Shown here: piece after piece, positions 18,515-27,500 of the stretch
Position numbering within the stretch: the stretch's first letter is position 1
How the letters are laid out: each line of letters starts with the position of its first letter
Source: a virus
Lineage: Duplodnaviria; Caudoviricetes
Virus record (IMG/VR): IMGVR_UViG_3300030330_001233
Span: 1 to 30,476 of that record
Reading direction: 5' to 3' (one strand)
DNA length: 30,476 nucleotides
The notes under the pieces: generated by a model
Databases searched by the model: none
What the model was told of the DNA's origin: nothing
What the model saw: only the letters and a program-made list of their open reading frames with translations
Made by a program: the position numbers and the translations under genes

Positions 18515-21500
18515 TACTGATTCTAAGATAGAAAAATCTTCAGAAAATGTAGTAGAAATAGGTGATGCAAGTAAAGGAAAAAAAACTAGCATGCTTAGCT
18601 TTTTGAAAAATGAAATTGAAAAAGATAATATAAGAGTTGAAGAGGCTGAAAGTAAATTAAAAAATATACCTGAAATAACTAAGCCAATAAAAAACGAAAC
18701 TGAGCTAGCTGAAAAACTTACTAATCAATATATTGAATTTGGATTTGAATTTGCTGAAGCAAATTACCTTGGGCAGACAGTTAAAATGATATCACCTGAT
18801 GGAAAACACTCAATAAAAATACATTTAAATAAATTAGATAAATCTCAAAAATTAATTAAAGATTTTTTTAAAAAACACTACGATCCAAACGCGCAAGATA
18901 TAACCCCTACTAAAGAAAGCGTAAAAAATCAAGTTGAAAAAACACGTAAAGAATCTGAAAAGAAAACTAAAACCGATATTGATGTTTTAGCTTCAAACTT
19001 TAATCCAGAGCAAGAAAAAACAGATAAAGAAAATTTATTAAATCAAATTAAAAATAAAAAATATTATACATACAACCCATCAGGAGAGACCAAAGAAGAA
19101 AGAGTAAATGAGTTCAATGCGTATGACGCGGTGCCTGCTCATATAGAAGAATATAGAAAACACAAAGTAACGCAATATAACGCACTTCATAAATATAAAA
19201 ACTTTTACGATCCAAACTTTGATACCTCAATAAGTGATGACGACATACTTATGTCGCCAGATTTTATGAAGTTTGTTAAGAAAAAACATGGAATTCAAGG
19301 AGACTTAGTTACTAAACGAATGGGTCTTGATGAAATAGAAAAATACAACAATAATAGAAAAACTCAAAAAGACAATGAAGCTGTTAGATTAGTTTCTAAA
19401 GAACAGTTTAGAAAATTTTTATCTGAAAAAAAACCGCCAGAAAAATTTGATGAGCAGTTATGGAACAGAGGCCTTCAAGGTGAAGGTGGTTATTTTAAAA
19501 ACCCAGAGTATTTAAAAATTGAAAATGAAAACAAAAAAAGAATTGGTGAGTACCTTTCAAAGTATAATCAAATACAGCAAAACCCCAATTATAGCGAGGA
19601 AGAACGTTTAACTTTACAAAACGAGTTAAAAAGTGAATACGATTTATTAGCAAACTCTTTACATGGTAATATACTACAGGAAAACAAGGTAGAAAATATT
19701 ACTAAGCAAGAAACAGAAGAAACAAGAAATTTAACAAAAGCTACTAAAAAGTATTTAGAAAAACAAAATTTAAAGCTTGGCAAAGAGCTAGCTGAAGAAG
19801 GATCAGTGTTGCTCAGCGAAAAAAATATTATTGAAGCTGAATTTGCTCCAATTCAAAAAGAATTAGTTAAAATTAATAACGAGTTAAAATCTACTCAGCC
19901 TGCACTAAATAAATTAAACAAAAAATATAATATAAATTTTAAAGAAGACGAAGAAGGTAATAAAATTTATAATCTTGACTATATAAATGAAGGTATTGAA
20001 AAAATAAATAAAAAGTATAAAGATTTACCTAAAACAGAAGAAGAATTAAAAGCATTATTAGACAAAAAAGTAGATGAAGTTAAAGCTAAATACGATCTTA
20101 CAGATCCAAAACAAGTTGAAAAAGCTAATAAAGAAGTAACAGAGTATCAACAAAACATACAAGATCAATTAAATACTGCAAATGACGAAATAAATACTTA
20201 TACAGAAAATGAGTTAAATAAAATACGACAGTATGAAAAAGAAAAAGATTTAATAATTAGCAAGCATAATAATAATTTAAAATTACATAAAGAAAAATAT
20301 AATGATTATTTATCTTTTGAAAAAAAGTATAATGAAATAAATGCTAAGCTAGATGGTTTTCAAGATACAAAGTTAGTTTTAGATTTATCTTTAGCTGAAA
20401 ATAGAAAAAGACTAACTGCTTTTGGTGACGGTGAGTGGTGGAATATAAAAAGCAAAGAAGTTCTTGGTAATTTTGCTCAAAATTTTATAGAAGCTGCTGG
20501 AGCTATTTACGATATAGGTGATAGATTTACAGATAATCTTGTAGACATATTTGTTGAAGACAAAGACAGCGCTCAATTTTTAAAAACAGTAAAAGCACAT
20601 ATGATACCATTAGGTCATTATTTTGATGAAGACTCTATGGGTGCAGTAACAGATAAAAAAACAGGATTAAAAATAAGCATGTACGATGAAGATAAGTTTA
20701 ATTTTGACAAAAGCATGGCTCTTGCTAATGAAAGAATAAAACAACCTTTATCTTGGGAAGATTTAAAAACTAACGGTGATGGAGCTGATTGGGCTGAATA
20801 TTTTATATCTCATGGTGTTAGTCAAGTTCCTGTATTATTAACAATAGCTAGTACTGGAGGTTATGCTTTACCTTTATTAGGACTAAATAGTGCCGGTGGC
20901 AAATATAAAGAATTAATTAAAGAAAAAAATTTATATGAGCAATCAGGCGGCTTGTATGGCCAAGATTTAAGTTACGGGCAAATAACTCTTAACGCTGGCG
21001 TAACTGGTCTTTTTGAAGGTGGATCTGAATATTTTACAGGTAGAATATTTTCAAGAACAATTAAAGCTTTAGCAGCTACACCTAAGCCTCTTGTTCAACG
21101 AGGCTTTATAAATCACATTGCTAGTATATTTAAACCTAAGAACTTATTGCACGTAGGTGGTGAGTGGGTTTCAGAAGGAGCCTCTGAAGTCTTAGCGCAG
21201 GCAGGTAGCAACATGGCTGACATATATATAAACGGAGACAAAACTGTTAACGTGTTAGATGGTTGGCAGGAAAATTTTGTAAACGGCTCAGCTTTTGCGG
21301 CAATGCTGCAATCGCCTAGAATATATGCTAACGCTATAGCTCCATTTACAAGTAACAACAAAGCAGTGTTAGGTAATATTGCTAGATCTTTAAATGATGT
21401 AGCTGTTGATATTTCTGATTTAAAAAACTTTGGTCCTAAGTATAGAGACTTAAGTAAAAAGGAACGTGAAAAACAAATAGAAGAGTTAGAAAATAAACAC

Positions 21501-24500
21501 GTGCAGTTAGTTACTCAATACGCAGATATAACTAATACTGATATAAAAAGAATAGATTTATTAAGTTCTAATGAAAAGAAAACTTTACTTAATATAAATA
21601 AATCTAATTTACAAGATCAAGAGCTAATAAATAAAACATTAAATGATAAACGTCTTAATGATGGCACTAGAGATCAAAGAATAAAAGATATAGAAAAAAG
21701 AATAAACAATAGAAATAATAAAAAGCAAAACATATTAGATAAATATCCACCAGAAGTAGTTAATAAAAACTACAAAAACCAAATGCAAAACATGCAGCAA
21801 ATGGCTAACATGGTTGCTAAAATGGGTGGACCAACCATATCAATACAGCAACTTACAAATGAAAAATATCAGCAAGCTGTAAAAGAAATAGAGTCTAAAA
21901 AACAAGACATGTCTAAGTCTGAAATAGAAGCTCGTACATCTGAGTTAGAAGCTTTATATGATGACTATACTAATATAATTGATAATTCAAAAAATAAAAA
22001 AGACGTAGAAGCTGCTAAAAAGAAAAGAGCAGAAATAACTAACGAGCTTGGTGTTGGTATAAATATTTTAAAAAGTAACAGCGCTGGTGTTATGTCACCT
22101 ATTATTGAAGACGGCAAAATTACTGGCATGAATATTTTAATTAATAAAGATGCAGTTGTAGATAATGGCATGTTTAATACCGGAGCACATGAGTTTATAC
22201 ATGCTACTTTTGCTAACACACTAAAGGGTGATCCAGCTATGAGGCAAGTATTAGGCGGTCAGCTTCAAAATATAATGGATGGTAAAGGCATTACGTTTAA
22301 ACCTGGTAAAGAAGCTGAATTTAAAGCAAAAATTTCACAATATAGACAAGATCAACAAGGTGAAGAAATGATGGCTGTTATGTCAGAAATGTTGATAAAA
22401 GGAGATATATCTATTAACAATAGCGTTTCAGAAAAAATAGCAGGTGTTTTTAGAAGATTTTCTCAAAATTACTTAGGTTACGATATTAAATTTGATTCTC
22501 AACAAGATATTAAAAATTTCTTAACTGACTATAGCAAATCATTTAAAAATAATAAGCCTAGTAAAGCTATAGCTAGAATGATAGCTGAAGGAGCTAATGG
22601 TAAAATATTTAAAGACGCTAGAACTCCTGAACAAATAAAAGATGAATCTATGTTTAGTTTAGCTGTTCAAAAAAATTTAAAATCAAATCCAGATTTAAGA
22701 CAAGATATAGACAGCGCTGTTCAAAATAATGATGGATCTTCTAAGCACTTAAATAACGAAGACTTCAAAGCATCTCCAGAATATATAGAAGCGTTTAATA
22801 AAATAACCGAAAGTAGGTTATTAGATGGTTTAATACAACAAGGTATGACTGATAAAGGCTTGCCAGGTGAAGCATTAAGAGATTTTACTAGAAAAGTAAA
22901 AGAAGAATTAGGTATTAGATATTTAAAAAACTTTGACTTAGATAAAAACGATAGCTTGTTCGGTTGGCTAACAGGCGTATCAGGTGGTGCTGGTATGTCT
23001 ATTATATATAGAGCCAAAGGTGACGTAATGAAACAATATGTTAAAGAAGGTAGAGCTCAAGACGTTTCTATAGATAAACCTATTAGTGAAGCTGGTACAA
23101 TAGCAGATGTTATAGAAGGTGATATAAATCAAGAAACAAAAGACGCTTTTGAAACTGAAGAAATAATACTTACTAGAGAAACAGAAACAGAAGTTCAAGG
23201 TACTTTAGTTAAAAAAGCTCTTAACTTTTCTGACCAAACAATAACAACTATAGAGAATTTAGCTAGAGATGTAGACTATAGCAATAAAAGTTTAAATTAT
23301 AAAAGTGTAAAAGATAATTTAACTAAAAAAGATGGTATATTGTATGATGCTTTAGATGCTGTTAGTAATGAAATAGGTATTGACGCTAACAGAATAATAA
23401 AAAATCAAGATTTAAATAATAAGCAAAGAACAGCTGCTCAAAAATACATTGTTGAAAATGCAGATACATTAATTAAATTATTACCAGAAGGCCAAGATCA
23501 AAGTGGTCAAGCTACAGGTGTAGCTAATACTAAGTTAGGTCAGTTTTATGTAAAAGGTGAAAGAGCTAAAATGAAAACTGGCGCTACAGCTGCTGGTCTA
23601 GCAACGCAAACAAAAAGAACAGACATAACTAAAGAAGAATTTTTAAATGTGTTTGGTGTAAATCCAGATGGCACGTTTCAAAAAGGAACTAAGGCTGATG
23701 GAGCTATAAGAGCTTTAGTTACTCAAGTTGCTACAACTGTAACTAATCAAGAGTTGCGTATGTCTGGTAATGCTGGTGCTAGATTAAAAGATGGTATGTC
23801 TGACGCTATGTATAGCTTAACTCCAGAGTTACAAGATATAACTACACAAGTAGTAAAATCATTTGACACCGCGTCATACGAAATAGCTAGAGAAGATTTA
23901 TTAAAAACACCTAACGGAGAAAAAATAGCTAATTTTCTCGATCAAATGTTATTTGAAAATAATATAGAAAGCCCGGGTGGTTATAACGATCAAGTTAGTA
24001 AATACATGCCTGGTTTATTTAAAGACTCTAAAACTGGTAAGAAAAAAATATATACAGGGCCTAAATTATCTAAGAAGTCAGATACTAGAAGTGATAAAGG
24101 AATTTGGGGTAAACCTATAGATGATTTAGCTATAAACACAGCGGCTACAATATCTACGCTACATCCTTCAATTAGTACTCAAGAAGCTATTTACGCATTT
24201 GGATTTAAAGACTCAGGCGCTTTTAAAATAAATGGAAAGCAAGTTGTGATTGATGGTGATCCAGCCGTTACTTTACGTACGCCTGCTGATAAATATTATC
24301 CAGCTCTATCAAACATAAATAGAATGACAGAGCAACAGGCTTTAAAAGAACGTAACGATATTATTAAGTCAGGATTAATGACAGAGGCAGAGTTTGATGC
24401 TATGGAAAATTCTAGTCCAATGGAAATGAAAGGTTTTATTGGAAAAACAATTACATCAATATATAGCGAAACTGATTTAAATAAAAAGCGCGACATGCTT

Positions 24501-27500
24501 AAAGAGGCGCTACCTCAAATACAAAAAATAAACGATGGCAATAGAGCTAAAATGAAGTATTTATCTATAAAGATGAAGCAAGCTTATGATGCAGGAAAAT
24601 TAACAATGCTAGACACATACTTGATTAACAAATTTCAAACTAATATTGTTGAAGGCACTAGAGCTTTAAGCTCTTTACACTCTATGTATTTAATAGAAGG
24701 TAAGCAAATAGGGCAAATGAAAAAACCACCAAAGCAAGTAACAAGAAATAAGAAAAGAGTACCAAATCCAAATTACGACTCTCAATTAAAGGAGTACTAT
24801 GATTCGTGGAAAACTTGTAAAGAGTTTGACAAAGTTACTAAAATAGCTAAAAAGAAATTTCCTAAAGCTAAAGGTCAAGAATTAGTAGATAAAACTATAA
24901 GTTTAATGAGGCCTAAAAACGAACATTTAGTTGGTTCTGCTATAACACATGCTAGAAGGGCGGGTTATACATTGGGTGATTCTAATATAACGCCTGATAA
25001 TATAGCTAACAATCATGAGACATTTTTTGGCCCTGTTTGGATCACTGATTTGTTTGATAGAAAACTTGAAGTTGATGGTAAATTAATAGATAATAAAGTT
25101 AGTTTAGAAGGAGAAAACAGATTAATAAAGTTTGCTGGTGGCAACCAAGCAAATATATATCATGTTAGCGGTGATAATATTGCTGATTTTAAAGTTAAAA
25201 AAGAACTAGCGCCTATATATAATGATCTTCAAAGTAAAAAAATTAAAAACACTGATACTCTTAATAGTTTAATACCTGAATCAGATGGTAAGCTAATGGG
25301 TAAAGATCCTGTAGAAGTTAAAGGAATGTCTGTATTTGACTTTGATGATACTTTAGGTATAACTAAATCTGGCGTTAGAGTAAAAATGCCTAATATAGAC
25401 GGTTTGCCTAAACCAAAACGTAAAGTTATATTTTTAGCTGGAGGCGCCGGTAGTGGTAAATCTAACGTTGTTAAAAAACTTAACTTAGAAAAACAAGGAT
25501 TTAAAATAGTTAACTCAGATATATCGCTAGAGTGGTTAAAGAAAAACTCAGGATTACCAGCTGATATGCGAGACTTAACTAAAGCGCAAAGAAGTACGTT
25601 AGGTAAATTAAGCGCAGAGTCTAGAAAAATAGCTAGACGTAAAATGATGAAATACAAAGGCGAAGGTAATGGCGTTGTTGTTGACGGCACTGGAGGTTCT
25701 ATAAAATCAATGACTAACTTAGTTAATGAGTTTAAAGACAAAGGTTATGATATTAGCATGTTGTACGTAGAAACTTCGTTAAACACAGCTTTAGAGCGTA
25801 ATAGAGCTAGAAAAGAAAGATCATTGCTAGATAAAATTGTACAACGTAACCACGAGGCCGTACAAAATAATAAACCTGCATTTAAAGATATGTTTGGTAA
25901 TAGGTTTATGCAAGTCAAAACAGATAACTTAGAGATAGGAGATCCTATGCCTAAAAATCTAGTTAGTAAGATGGACGACTTTGTATCTGGTTATGAAAAA
26001 CGTAGATTAGATGCTACTGAATTCGCGGAACAAGGTGAAACTATATTAGAGCAAGGTGGTGAGTTTGATTTTTCAGAATTCAATCAAGTTGTTGAAGGTA
26101 GACCAGGTCCATTACTAGATAAAGCTCTACAACGAGCTAAAAAATATGGAACTAAAGATATGTTTGTATTAACGGCTAGGCCGCCTAAATCAGCTGAAGC
26201 TATACAACAATTTTTAAAATCACAAGGTTTAGACATACCATTAAAAAATATAACTGGTTTAGCTAATAGTACTGGTGATGCTAAAGCTGAGTGGATGTTA
26301 GGTAAATTTAAAGAAGGCTATAACGATATGTACTTCGCTGATGATGCAATGCAAAACGTTACAGCTGTTAAAGAAGTGTTAGATCAACTTGATATTAAAT
26401 CAGATGTTGTTCAAGCAAAATTAAAACAGTCTAATAGGTTAGTTGATAATAGTGATACTATGCAAAGTAAAATTATAGAGCCTAGCCAAAACATAGATAT
26501 GGATTTTAACGAAATGCTTGAGCGTAAAAAAGGCATGGATGCTAAAAAAAGAATATCAGGTGCTGAAGCTAGAGTACGTGGTAGAGACATAGGTAGATTT
26601 GATTTTTACATACCACCATCAGCAGAAGATTTTAAAGGCTTATTATATTACTTTTTAGGTAAAGGTAAGCAAGGTGATGCTGACATGAAATTTTTTAGCG
26701 ATAAGTTATTAAAACCTTTTGCAGCTGGTATTAGAACTTGGAATACTTATAAACAAAGTATGGCTAATGATTTTAGATCTTTAAAAAAACAAAGTCCTAA
26801 TGTTGTAAAAATATTAAATGATTTAGTGCCTGGAACTAACTTTACTAATGATTCTGCTATAAGAGTTTATTTATGGAACAAAGCTGGTAAACAGATACCT
26901 AATATATCTAAAAATTTAGAAAAAGAATTAGTTAGGCATATTAGTAACAATCCTGCATTAAAATCTTTTGCCGAAGCATTAGCTAAAATATCAAGAACAA
27001 ATAATAATTACACAGAGCCCGGGCAAAATTGGGTTATTGGTAGTATAGCTAGAGACTTATCAGAAACTGTAAACAAGGTTGGTAGAAAACAATTTTTATC
27101 TGAGTGGATTAATAATAAAGATATTATATTTAGTCCAGACAATATTAACAAAATAGAAGCTCTATATGGTACTAGATATAGAGAGGCTTTAGAAAACATA
27201 TTGTATCGTATGGAAAACGGTGGCAATAGAGTTATGAGCAATGATAGAGACACTAACTTTATGGTTAACTGGATTAATGGTGCAGTTGGTTCTATAATGT
27301 TTTTTAATATGAGATCTGCTATACTTCAAACTATATCAGCTGTTAACTTTGTAAACTTTAGTGATAATAATATATTTAAAGCAACAGCTGCTTTTGCTAA
27401 TCAACCGCAGTTTTGGAAAGACTTTGTAATGTTGTTTAATTCTGATCAACTAAAACAAAGAAGAGCAGGGCTACAAACAGACGTATCAGCCTCTGAACTT

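Noticed and set aside
24915-25060. 'NEHLVG...NHETFFGP' as a possible HNH-like nuclease site in the giant protein
   Set aside because: Only an EH dipeptide matches and the conserved Asn spacing is not evident; it would need a profile search.
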